Shown in pieces: positions 37,020 through 48,771 of a stretch of DNA of 64,000 nucleotides. Within the stretch, counting starts at the first letter, position 1. The number at the start of each line of letters is the position of its first letter. Both the position numbers and the translations under genes were made by a program. The DNA is taken from contig NC_086118.1 in NCBI RefSeq assembly GCF_963921235.1, forward strand, positions 14,944,001 to 15,008,000, in the 5' to 3' direction. The DNA comes from Mobula hypostoma (lineage: Eukaryota). The notes beneath the pieces are model-generated. The model did not search any database. It was not told the DNA's origin and saw only the letters and a list, made by a program, of their open reading frames with translations.

Positions 37020-38300
37020 AGTGGCTGTTGTAGGAGTGGGAGGGGGCCTTGATGGAATTGGAAGCTCAGGTAAGTTTTTAGTAAGATTCTTTCTTATTGC
37101 ACAATTAGGGCAGTAGGAACATCAGGCAGGATAGTGGAATGCTTCTCTTGTGGGATGTGGGAAGACAGGGAGACCTCCATTATCCTTGTTAATGACACTT
37201 GCAAGGGCATCTGGCAGCAGCTTCTTAGCGATCATGTTAGGGAACTGGATCTGGAGCTGTAACTGGATAAACTCCAGATCATTGTGGAGACTGAGATTAA
37301 CAGTAGATACAAGAAAGTAGTTAGTTACACCCAAGGAGCAAGACACAAGTAACAGGGTGACGGACAGGAGAGGGAAAGAGGATAAGCTCCCAGTGCAAGG
37401 CATGCCAGTACCAAAGTGCTCAGGCGGGACAGACTGGAGGGCTCTTCTGCTGAGGATACATGGGTGGAACTCAATAACAAATATTGTTTTGCTTTGTGAC
37501 AAAGAAAGCAATATGACATACAATATACAGTACCATACAATATAAGGTTTGCTCACCCTGTTCATTACAAGGGTGGATAAGCTCAGAACATGGATCAGCA
37601 TTTGGAATTTTGACACAGTGGGCATTAGTGAGACAAAGTTGCAGGAGGGGGAGGATTGACAGCTCAATGTTCCTGAGTTCTGTTTTACAATGACAGAAAA
37701 GCAGGAATTAAAGGGGAAGTGGTGGTATTACTAGTCAGGGAAAATGTCATGGCAGGACAGACTGGGGGAGCTTTGCCTACCAAGAATATGTGGGTGAAAC
37801 TGAGAAATAAGAAAGGGATGACCATGTTAACAGGATTATAATAATTGGACTGTATACCCAATAACAGGATCTAGAGGAGCAAATTTGTAAAGAGATCACA
37901 GACAGTCAGAACAAAAACAAGGTTGTGATAGTAAGAGATTTTAATTTTCCACATACTGTATTGGCTGAGACTCCCATACGTAAAAGGACTAGGGTGAGTT
38001 TGTCAAATGTCTTCAGGAAAATTTCCTTAATCAATATCTTGTGATCCCAATTAAAGAGATTATTAGGGAACGAGACAGGGCAGGTGACACAAGTGTGTGT
38101 CGGAGAACACTGATTTAGTGATCATAGATCCTCTAGTTCCAAGATAGCTATGGAGAAGGGTAGGATTAGTCCTTGGGTTGAGATACTAAATTGGACAAAA
38201 GCCAGTTTTGATGGCATCGTAAAGGATCTGGCAAGTGTGGACTGGGGGAGGTTGTTTTCTGGCAGAAGGATGCTTAGTTAGTAGGAGACCTTCAAAAGTA
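37020..38300 (+). mobile_element. CR1 LINE 5' part (ORF1 remnant and endonuclease), degenerate
   Basis: GATAGTGGAATGCTTCTCTTGTGGGATGTGGGAA (Cys-rich ORF1 start); GGCATTAGTGAGACA (ISET) and GATTTTAATTTTCC (DFNFP) endonuclease motifs. Confidence 0.65.
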
Positions 38301-38837
38301 AAACCCTTCAAAACACCGTTATTCATACTTTGTGAAACAGTAGAGTGCATAGACAAGGCACAGTTCTCCCAAGTACGATGTAAAAAATTAACTTGCATAA
38401 TTTTCCAGAAATCTTGGTGACTATTTTGTTTTGTTTGTAATCATCTAATTAAAAACCCTTTTTATTTATATTTCCAGATCTGTTTCTTTATCACCTGCTT
38501 TTCAAATAATTTTTCTTTACTGAATGTAATGCTTCAAGGTAATTGGATTTGAGATTCACTTGTCAGTTGAATGTCTGAACACTTGAAAAGATGGTTATTA
38601 ATGTTTTCTTACCACAAGTTCCCTTAAAAGACTCTTTCATTAGGAGTTTGAGGAGATGCAGTATGTCACAAACCTCTATGGAGGACAGCATTTTGATTGG
38701 TTGCAACACAGGCTGGTATGGAAGCGCCAATGCACAGGATCACAAGAGGCTGCACAGGGCTGTAGGTTCAGCCTGTTTCATCACAGACACAACCTTCCCT
38801 GATGTGTATTTGATATTTCAATAATATTAGAGTAATC

Positions 38838-38865
38838 GTGTGTGTGTGTGTGTGTGTGTGTGTGT
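38838..38865 (+). repeat. (GT)14 microsatellite
   Basis: Direct reading. Confidence 0.95.
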
Positions 38866-38954
38866 TTATATATTGATTAGGCATTCTTGTTCATTTAAAT
38901 ACTTGTGGGTTATATGTAAAAATATGTTAATTGCATACATCATCATGTTACATG

Positions 38955-39778
38955 ACACCATCCCCTTCTCGCAATTCCTCCATCTCCGCCGCATCTGCTC
39001 TCAGGATGAGGCTTTTCATTCTAGGACGAGAGAGATGTCTTCCTTCTTTAAAGAAAGGGGTTTCTCTTCCTCCACTATCAATTCTGCTCTTAAACGCATC
39101 TCTCCCATTTCACGTACATCTGCTCTCACTCCATCCTCCCGCCACCCCCCTAGAAATAGGGTTCCCCGGTCCTCACCTACCACCCCACCATCCTCCGGGT
39201 CCAACTTATTATTCTCCGTAACTTCCGCCACCTCCAACGGGATCCCACCACTAAGCACATCTTTCCCTCCCCCCCTCTCTCTGCATTCCGCAGGGATTGC
39301 TCCCTACGCAACTCCCTTGTCCATTCATCCCCCCCCATCCCTCCCCACTGATCTCCCTCCTGGCACCTATCCGTGTAAGCGGAACAAGTGCTACACATGC
39401 CCTTACACTTCCTCCCTTACCACCATTCAGGGCCCCAAACAGTCCTTCCAGGTGAGGCCACACTTCACCTGTGAGTCGACTGGGGTGATATACTGCATCC
39501 GGTGCTCCCGATATGGCCTTTTATATATTGGCGAGACCCGACGCAGACTGGGAGACCGCTTTGCTGAACATCTACGCTCTGTCCGCCAGAGAAAACAGGA
39601 TCTCCCAGTGGCCACACATTTTAATTCCACATCCCATTCCCATTCTGACATGTCTCTCCACGGCCTCCTCTACTGTAAAGATGAAGCCACACTCAGGTTG
39701 GAGGAACAACACCTTATATTCCGTCTGGGTAGCCTCCAACCTGATGGCATGAACATCGACTTCTCTAACTTCCGCTAA
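38955..39778 (+). pseudogene. Truncated PLE polyprotein (GIY-YIG endonuclease) with apparent compensating frameshifts
   Basis: Middle part (RSSPTTPPSS...) appears out of frame; the alternative frame reads VLTYHPTILRVQLIILRNFRHLQRDPTTKHIFP; ORF-track start is an artefact of the GT repeat. Confidence 0.8.
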
Positions 39779-40089
39779 GGCCCCACCTCCCCCTCGTACC
39801 CCATCTGTTACTTATATTTATGCACACATTCTTTCTCTCACTCTCCTTTTTCTCCCTCTGTCCCTCTGAATATACCTCTTGCCCATCCTCCGGGTCCCCC
39901 CCCCACCCCTTGTCTTTCTTCCCAGACCTCCTGTCCCATGATCCTCTCATATCCCCTTTTGCCTATCACCTTTTGCCTATCACCTGTCCAGCTCCTGGCT
40001 CCATCCTTCCCCCTCCTGTCTTCTCCTATCATTTTGGATCTCCCCCTCCCCTCCAACTTTCAAATCCCTTACTCACTCTTCCTTCAGTT

Positions 40090-40125
40090 AGTCCTGACGA
40101 AGGGTCTTGGCCTGAAACGTCGACT
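40090..40125 (+). ncRNA. Minimal type-I hammerhead ribozyme, fully intact
   Basis: AGTC-CTGACGA-AGGGTCTTGGCCT-GAAA-CGTC-GACT: helix I AGTC/GACT, core CUGACGA and GAAA, ACGT palindrome in place of helix III, predicted cleavage after C40121. Confidence 0.85.
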
Positions 40126-40599
40126 GCACCTCTTCCTACAGATGCTGCCTGGCCTGCTGCGTTCACCAGCAACTTTGATGTGTGTTACTCCACACTACTG
40201 AGGTCACTTTCAAAAGGCAGTGCCTCAATCATTTGACAGCCATCGCCAAGAACCATCCAGAACATGCTCTCTTCTTGTTACTACCATTGAGGAAGAGGTA
40301 CAAGAGCCTGAATTCCCACACTCAGTGTTTCAGAAACAGATCCATTTTTCAGTTCAGTTAGACTAGGGTCTACATTGTCATTTCTCTTGTAGGTTAACTT
40401 TCCTTATGCCTGCTTATGTGTGTGTATAATGTCTGTAAATGTTCACTGGAATTTCAGTCACGTGTAGCTGGTTCTGGATTTTTTGTAGCTTCTTTATCTG
40501 CAGCCTGTGCACGTTGTAAATTGAACCATGTCATGGGCACATCTTATCAATGGAATTTCCTTATCTGTCTAGTTTAAACTTGTTTTCAGCATAAAGATG

Positions 40600-41240
40600 A
40601 CCAGGACTTCCCATTCTGATATGACTGTCCATGGCCTCCTTATCTGCCACAATGAGGGCAAACTCAAGATGGAGAAGCAACACCTCATCTGGTAGCCTCC
40701 AAACTAATGGCATGAACAATATTTTCTCTCCCCTCCCTCCCTCCTCTTTTTCCATTCCTCATTCTAATTACCCTCTCATTCCTTCCATCACTTCTTCTCA
40801 CCTGCCCATCACCTTTCTCTGGTTCCCTTCTTCCCCCTTTTTTAAAAATGGACCACTGGCCTCTCCTATTAGATACTTTCAATGGACCACTGTCCTCTCC
40901 TATTAGATACCTTCAATGGACCACTGTCCTCTCCTGTTAGATACTTTCAATGGACCACTGTCCTCTCCTATTAGAAACCTTCTTCTTTGACTCTTTACCT
41001 CTTCCTCCTATCCCCTCCCAGCTTCTAGTTCATTCCCTATCCTCCAACCACCCACCTTCCCTCACATTCAGTCTCATCTACTACCTATCAGCGTATTCCT
41101 TCCCCTTTTTTATTCCTGTGTCTGTCCCCTTCCTTTCCAGTCATGATGAATGGTCTCAAACCAAAATATCAACTGTTTATTCACCTCTACAGATACTGCC
41201 TGAGCTTCCAAGTTCATCCAGCATCTGCAGATCTCATGTT
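40600..41240 (+). mobile_element. Older PLE 3' fragment with decayed hammerhead (~41139-41175)
   Basis: Similar to 39630-39770 (GGTAGCCTCCAAACTAATGGCATGAACA); CAGTCATGATGAATGGTCTCAAACCAAAATATCAACTG. Confidence 0.7.
40847..40982 (+). repeat. Tandem repeat, 4 x 34 bp
   Basis: Unit AATGGACCACTGTCCTCTCCTATTAGATACTTTC starting at 40847, 40881, 40915, 40949. Confidence 0.92.
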
Positions 41241-42004
41241 TACCTGTTGACAACCATGAGTTCTTTTTTTCTTTATCTTCTTTCTTCAGTTGTTATTTAT
41301 TGTTACGAACACCTAATAAAGCAACTACACTGTAAATACAAGACCTATGCCTCATTCTTGGCTTCTGAAGAATATTCTGGACAATATCATTTCCAAATCC
41401 AATGATTCTTAATGTAAATTACAAGCAGTAAATAAAAGCTCAATTCTGTAAGCAAAAGTACTACCTACAAAACACAGGCTATTAACCCCACGGCAGGAGA
41501 TATGTCAATCAACATGCCCATGAGATTTTCTCATTCATCTGTAGTACCCAAAGGCAAGACAGCTGAGATTGTTATTTGGCCAACATCAAACCAGAAACCC
41601 GACATCTTTAATAGGTTGTTTTGCATCTTCATGATACAGATCATGAAACCTTCCAGACCCATTCATCAAATACGGTCAGAGACATATTTGCTCAGTCTAT
41701 CCATAGCTGAGATCTTTGTATATTCAGATCATCAGCACCTACAAAATTAATATTGGGTGCCTGGGTTCTCCATCCTCATAAGCTTTTTAAACTATCCATG
41801 TGAATTTATTTTGTTTCAGCAAATATTGTTGGACCATTCAGATGCATCTCAACAGCCAGTGTGCGTCCATTGTAAATATGGAACTCAATGGCACCAACTG
41901 TCAAGACTCAAAATTTTGAAGTAAACAATGTTATTGGGACAATTGAAATTGTATTGAATCTCCCGCTGGTACTTTAATTCTTAAGAATACAAAACCTTAA
42001 TATA

Positions 42005-42388
42005 CAGTAATTTGCAAAGGTCTTAAGCACCCTAGATTTTTTATGGTTTCTGATTTTATGGCCCTGATCTCAACATCATCAAAGCTGTCTGGGATTCCCT
42101 GGAGAGACAAAAGCAAGCGATACAGCCAAAGTGTGCAAAAAAAAAGCCATGATCTCCAAGATGCTTGGGACAACCTACTTCCTAATTTTCTTATAAAACT
42201 GCATGACGGAGAAGTTATGCAGTTTTAAAGGCAAAGGGCAGTCACACCGAATATTGACTTGATTTAGCCTTTTACTGTTTACTGCTCTTTATAGTATTTT
42301 TTTAGAAACTTTTCATTTTATTGTTTTTGAAAGCTTCTTCATTTTACATTTTTTTTATATATATCCCTGTGACATTTGCACTGTACTG
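42005..42388 (+). mobile_element. Short Tc1-derived non-autonomous element
   Basis: TA-CAGTAATTTGCAAA left end vs TTTGCACTGTACTG right end; internal PDLNIIKAVWD remnant. Confidence 0.6.
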
Positions 42389-43619
42389 TGAGATCAAGAG
42401 GCTCTGAGAGGGTCTTGAAGAAACTGCCTGCTCATTGGGCTGAATTTTATATCAGCCTCCAAATGTGTTTTAATCATAATATTAAAACGGCATTCAAATA
42501 CGTGTGCAGTATAGAGTGCTACAATTATGGAATATCTGGTCTTCTTAACGGGTGCTACTCTAATTCTTCTCTATCTAAATGTCTAAAGCAGAAACCTGTA
42601 ATGAGATATTTTTCCCCAAACAGAAAGCATTCACACTCTTCCCCAAACTCTGAAAAAGAAAATACATACTGTACAGGGTACATTCACATTATCCTTCATG
42701 ACAGATGAAATACAAGAAGAGACCAATGCTCTTGAGATCAGTTGCCCAGACAGAGAGTCTTGAGTTAAATCCCCCAGAGTGAATTGGGTCCAGTTAGAAT
42801 GCCAGACAGTGGACCATAATTTGGCTTCTCTGATCAGTAGGCACAACAGGCAGATCTAATTTTTTTAAAGTACAAAAAAAATTAAAATCTCTCATCTTAG
42901 TTAATGGTGTGGTGTGTAGCACTAGTTGTGCCATCTAAGATAAGTAGAGCTTCCTTGCTATTTAATAAAATGCAGATGTGACTTGTTCACTTCAACAGAT
43001 TAGGAAGCATGAATAGTATTTCATGTCAATAACCCATGAAACTTTATTGACATAAAGCCTGAATTAGGCATCTCCCTGCACTGACATGATGGGTGCATCT
43101 AGCACTTTAATGCACTCCTTCAAACTTTCAACATCAGCTATGATTTCCTTTCAGCATCATGCAGACAGGCTTATAATTATTGGTCAGGTTGTGAAGGGAT
43201 CAAAAATCAATTGTACTGGCAGAAAGAAATGTCTGGCCTGAGCAGAAGCAAGTGTAAGTCATTGATGACATAGTTACAGATAGTTGGACTCACTTGCCTC
43301 AACATATCCTTTTGGAATACTGACAAGTATCCCAATGCCAACACGATTGAACTGAACAACCAAACCCATCTTGACCATTAGATAAGGCTCTGGTAACAAC
43401 AGCATTCACTCTACACACATCAGCTTTGTGTGAGGTCATTGGTAACTGGTTTGCCATCATCGCATGTGTTTAGGTACAGTTAAAAACTGTGTTTTGCAGA
43501 CCATCTTTACAGATCATTGGAAAAAAAATATTATAAAGAAAAAGATCAGTGGCAAAGCTGGGTTTGATTGGCCAGTGAGGCTGTCAAACAAGTTTAATTA
43601 ATATGGCGGATAGAAGATC

Positions 43620-44015
43620 AAGATGAGGTTGAGAGGTGACCTGATCAAGGTGTATAAGATGATAAGAGGTATCGATTGTGTGGATAATCAGAGGCTTTTT
43701 CCCCAGGGCTGAAATGGCTGGCATGAGAAGGTGCAGTTTTAAGGTGCTTAGAAGTAGGTACAGAGGAGATGTCAGGGGTAAGTTTATTTTTTTTACGCAG
43801 AGGGTGGTGAGTGTGTGGAATGGGCTCCTGGCGACAGTGGTGGAGGTGGATATGACAGGGTCTTTTAAAAGACTCCTGCACAGGTACACAGTGCTCAGAA
43901 AAATAGAGGGTTATGGGTAACCCTAGGTAACTTCTAAGGTAAGGACATGTTCGGCACAGCTTTGTGGGCCGAAGAGCCTGTATTGTGCTATAGGTTTTCA
44001 ATATTTCTATGTTTC
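43620..44015 (+). mobile_element. CR1 LINE 3' end
   Basis: RGDLIKVYK-type start, close similarity to 46727-47002 and 52905-53270, TTTCTATGTTTCT tail. Confidence 0.85.
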
Positions 44016-44699
44016 TGAGAGCTGGGCAACCTTAATTTATTTGGTGTGAAGACTGAACTGAACAGAGGCCACGAAGACAATGAAAGTTGAAGAGTACAAT
44101 GTGTGGGCATAAAAGCCTAGCCTTCAGGATTTACAAACATATAATATATTAAAGCATGTCTAGAACAAAGTGTGTCACCTTCATCAGGCAAACAACTCAG
44201 AACTGATTAGTGTAAATGAAATGACAAGGAACCCACTGAGATATCCTCTTCGAGATAATTAGCTTTCACACGAGACTAAAGGATCCAAGTAACATATTCA
44301 ATCAGAGGGGCTAGCCACCAAGATTGTCACCATGGTAACCAGTGACCTGCAGTAAAGGAGAACCCAATATGGGCCCATCACGATGGCAACCAAGAACTTG
44401 ATTGAAAAAGAGAGCCATTAGTCATGAGACAATCAGTCCTGACCAAGAGGCAGGGGTCTGTAAACTATGCAAAGCTCACATTGAAAAGGTGATATCAAAA
44501 GCAACTAATCTTGCATTTGTCAGGAAGAGATAGATAAATACCTGTATACTGGTGAAGATTTTGTACCATATCTCTAAATATGTAGAAACATACTACACCT
44601 GTACAACAAACAGACCTTTCTCCCTCTCCTCATGGTAAAAGATGATTGACTAATTAACGTTTTATTTGATGTACAAATGGACCATGTGAGTGAGACCAC

Positions 44700-45025
44700 A
44701 CTGGTGTGCCCATCACCTCTCTCTGGTGCTCCTCCTTCCTCTTCCCTTTCTTCCATGGTCTTTTACCCTCTCCTATCAGATTCCCCCTACTCCAGCCCTT
44801 TATCACTTTCACCAATTAACTTCCCAGCTCTTTACTTCACCACTCCCCCCACCCAGTTTCACCTACCACCTTGTACTACCTCCTCCCCACCACTTTTTCT
44901 CTCTGACTTCTCATCTTTTCTGCCCCCAGCTCTGATGAAGGGTCTTGGCCTGAAAGGTTGACTGTTTCTTCATTTCCATAGATTCTGCCTGGCCTGCTGA
45001 GTTCCTTCAGCATTATGTGTGCTGC
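44700..45025 (+). mobile_element. PLE 3' terminal fragment with hammerhead motif at 44928-44963
   Basis: AGCT-CTGATGA-AGGGTCTTGGCCT-GAAA-GGTT-GACT followed by PLE terminus. Confidence 0.7.
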
Positions 45026-45804
45026 TGTATGATAGTTCCCAAAAGTAAAATAGGAATCAGCTTCAAACTGATTACAGAGACCATTCCCAAAACCATGCAA
45101 TTATTACAGATCACTTTAGTATTCAGATGAAAGGACCATGCAAATTTAGATCCTTCCTTTAAATTACAAGGTTTGTGATCACATAGAACAAATAATTTCA
45201 CAAATAACACAATAACAGCTGAGAAAAAAATTTATGCCACCACAACTACTTCCCTCAACATAGTGTAAAGCCATCCAAGTAAGGTCCACTTAGTTTGAGT
45301 ACAAAGTATTTTAATTATAATACCAAAATGACATTCAATTACAAATGCAGCACTGAGTGCCAGGATGTTGAAGTTAAGGTCTGGTCTCCTTCATGTGTGC
45401 AAAAAAGTCCAAAACAGAAAACATTCAATATGAAAGGTGGTGCTAGCAAACTGGAGGAATGGAAAGGGGAGGAAGGATTGTTGAAGTCTGCATACAGAGT
45501 TTCAACCCGAAGAAAGAGCGGAAGTCAACAATTCCTTCTGCACTCCACGCCCCAACCCCCACAACCGCTGCTCACAACGTTGCACACAAAGTCACAAAAT
45601 TATTGAACATCAAGTTAAACTGCCTCTAAGAAGAGAACTTTAAATACGGTCAACTCTGTCATCCATGAAAATCACAGCTGACCCACTATCTCAGCTCTGT
45701 TTCCCTGCACTATTCAACACATCCATTCTTACACTGGAGCTTTACTAAAGTAGAAGATGCACACACTGTATTTTTAATTGATGAGACGCAAAACTTAACT
45801 TCCG

Positions 45805-45985
45805 CTCTTTCTTCGTCAAGCTCTTGGAATTGAGACTGACTTGCTTCCATTGTGGCCCTATGGGTACAGAGGTGACTGCTGATATCAGAGTGGGAAACAC
45901 AGACTCTTCCACAGATGGGGTAGGGTTGCCTGGAAAGGTGGTCACATGGGCGGGTTGCTTATGAGGTGATGTGCTCCTTTTTCAA
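45805..45985 (-). mobile_element. RTE LINE 3' remnant
   Basis: Minus-strand translation PICGRVCVSHSDISSHLCTH resembles a decayed C2H2 finger of RTE ORF ends, followed by GGAAGCAAGTC...GAAGAAAG tail. Confidence 0.5.
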
Positions 45986-46469
45986 TATCTGCAATAGAAT
46001 TGTATACCGGTGCATGGATTTCAAGCTATCAATACCATCCCCAATCAAAAAAAAACTTTTCTCCGTCATTGAATATATTTAAAGCAGAAGTTGATTGGAT
46101 CTTAATTAGTAAGGGCATCAAAGGTTAAGGGGAGAATGCAGAAGAATGGAGTTGAGAGGACAAATACATCAGTCATGATTGAATGGCCCAATTCTGTTCC
46201 TATGCCTTATGTTTTCATAAGTATGCATGTGATTGTTGTTCAATTTCTACAGACACTAGGACAACTGGGAAGGATTGACAAATTGCTACAACACCAATCC
46301 AAGATGGCAAATGCAAGTTGGCATAATATGACCCATATCCCATTATTGGAGCATGATGCTATTTCAGCATAGCAATGCTACGACGAATTGGATCATATTT
46401 AACAATCATCCCGATCATCCTCACAGACTGCATTCACCACATGCACCAAGAACTTTTGCTACAGATGCA

Positions 46470-47275
46470 AATCAGATGTCAAACCGGCTCCTCAAAAATC
46501 TTAAGGCATGAAGAAATTGTGTAAGTGCTTTGACATGTCACTAAACACACCAGCAGATTTCTGCAGATGTACAGCGGAGAGCATTCTGACTGGTGGCATC
46601 CTGTGTGGAGGCTCCAAAGTGCAGGATCGAAAGAGGCTGCAGAAGGTTGTAGACCCAGCTAACTGAATCATTAGCCTAACTCTCCCCATACTGAAGACAT
46701 CTCCACCAGATGGTGCCTTGAGAGAACACAGTTTTAAGGTGCTTGGAAGTAGGTACAGAGGAGATGTCAGGGGTACGTTGTTTTTTTTACGCAGAGAGTG
46801 GTGAGTGCATGGAATGGGCTGCCTGCAACAGTGGTGGAGGCGGACACAATAGGGTCTTTTAAGAGACTCCTGGATAGGTACATGGAGCTTAGAAAAATAG
46901 AGGGCTGTGGGTAACCCAAGGTAATTTCTAAAGCAAGTACATGTTCGGCAGAGTATTGTGGGCCAAAGGGCCTGTTTTGTGCAGTAGGTTTTCTATGTTT
47001 CTAAGAATGCATCCATCATTGAAAAGTATCACCAACCAGGATATGCCCTTTTGCCCAGGAGGAGATACGGGTGACTGAAGAGCCACATACAAAATTATAG
47101 GAACAGCTTCTTCTCCTCTGTCATCAGGTTTTTTTGAATGGTCCAAAACCCTTTGAACATTAATTTGCTATTCCATTTTTGCACTATTTATTGTTGCTTT
47201 TAGTAATTTTTGTCTTGCACTGTACTGCCACCACGAAACAATGAATTTCACCTGTCGGTGGTAATACACCTGATC
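46470..47275 (+). mobile_element. Rex1/Babar 3' fragment interrupted by a CR1 3' end (46727-47002)
   Basis: GAGAGCATTCTGACTGG, CAGGATCGAAAGAGGCTGCAGAAGGTTGT; LINE resumes GCATCCATCATT at ~47010. Confidence 0.7.
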
Positions 47276-47439
47276 ACCATACCATAGAGAGGCAGTCTAC
47301 CTATTTTTTTAGAATGGGTGGTAGGCACACAGTTACCTTGGTAGCACAAGGTAAGAATCATGCTTAATACTAACCCTATGTAAAGAAAAACACTACTCAG
47401 AAATTTATCTCAGTTTGCCAGTGGTATCTGGTGCATTTA

Positions 47440-48665
47440 TTCCCAGCACGCCAGATAGGGTAATCAGACCCAAATTTTTCTCAGTCCACAGGATGGACCG
47501 AACTGCTGATTTAGAAAACGCAAATGGTGGAGGTGCGCGTTTCATGATAAACTGTCAGTGGTGCTCCAATGTAACGGTTTCGTCAAACTCCTGTCCCCCG
47601 ACCTTGAATATCTAACGATCAAATGCTGTCAGTTCTATTTACAGTACCTAGGGAGTCCTCCTTCATAATCTGTGATCCTAACCACAATCAACTATAATCA
47701 AATGCTTGAGATACTACATGATGCCTTCTCCAAACAAGAAACAGTCCACTCTGAAGCAATTCAAATCATAGTGGGGGAGTTGAACCAGGCTGGTTTGAAG
47801 AATACAGTGTGTAATTACAATTAGCATATAACCTGCTGCACCAGAGATTGTAACAAACTAGCCTACTCTTAAAATAAGATCAGAGGATCAGTGGTGTGGA
47901 GGATCAGCAGAATTTAATTCCTCTGTGTTATCATTTCGGAGCACCTGTCCTGGGTCCAGCATGCAAAGAAAGCACGGTAGCATCTCTAGTTCCTTAAGAG
48001 TTTGTGAAGATTGGGCATGACACTTAAAACTTGGACAAACTTCTCTAGATGTATAGTGGAGAGTATATTGACTGATTGCATCACAGCCTGGTATGGAAAC
48101 ACCAATGCCATTGAATGGAAAATCTTACTAAAAGTAATGGATATGGCCCACTCCATCACGGCTAAAGCCCTCCCTGCCATTGAGCACATCTATACAAAGC
48201 GTTGTCGCAGGAAAGTGGTATCCATCATTAGGGACCCCTCCGCCCAGGTCATGATCTCTTCTCGCTCTGCTATCAGGAAAGTGGTACAGGACCCTCAGGG
48301 TTCACACTAGCAGGTTCAGGAAAAGTTACTACCCCTCAAACATCAGACTCTTGAACTAAAGGGAATACCTTCACTCAACTTCACTTACCCCATCACAGAA
48401 ATGTTTCCACAACCTAGGGACTCACTCTCAGGTGCTCGTCACCTCATGTTCTCAATATTTATTGCTTATTCATTATTATATCTTACTTTATGTATTTACA
48501 CAGTTTGTTGGCTTTTACACACTGGTTGAATGCCCATGTTGGTGCAGCCTCTCATTGATTCTATTCTGGTTTTGGACTTACTGAGGATGTCCCCAGGAAA
48601 ACGAATCTCAGGGGCGTATTTGGTGATATATATGTACTTTGAAAATAAATTTAATTTGAACTCTA
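47440..48665 (+). mobile_element. Rex1/Babar LINE fragments (endonuclease remnant + 3' end)
   Basis: HRMDRT...GGG endonuclease remnant; RCIVESILTDCITAWYGN; 3'UTR like 8460-8760. Confidence 0.7.
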
Positions 48666-48771
48666 GAGCTTTGAACTTTTAAAGTGGTGACAGCGCATCA
48701 TTCTTTGCTTCCAAATTTTATTCTACTCATTTTTATGGAATGAAATTTGAAGAAGATACTATGTCATTACA

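Larger units (their letters stand above)
38955..40187 (+). mobile_element. Penelope-like retroelement (Neptune-like), 5'-truncated: RT C-terminus + GIY-YIG endonuclease + 3' terminal repeat
   Basis: IPFSQFLHLRRICS; Cys-rich linker PCKRNKCYTC; VIYCIRC...LYIGETRRRLGDRFAEH; stop at 39778; pyrimidine-rich 3'UTR with hammerhead; lies within a Rex1 fragment (38630-38800 / 40190-40340). Confidence 0.92.

Noticed and set aside
38840..39778. 312-aa ORF as an intact host or novel nuclease gene
   Set aside because: Start lies in a GT microsatellite, the middle appears frameshifted, and the rest is a 5'-truncated Penelope polyprotein lacking the RT core
40847..40982. 34-bp repeats as a CRISPR array
   Set aside because: Units are contiguous with no spacers, no cas genes, eukaryotic context
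45800..45988. Candidate minus-strand exon with AG/GT boundaries
   Set aside because: Stops in all three frames; sequence fits an RTE LINE 3' remnant
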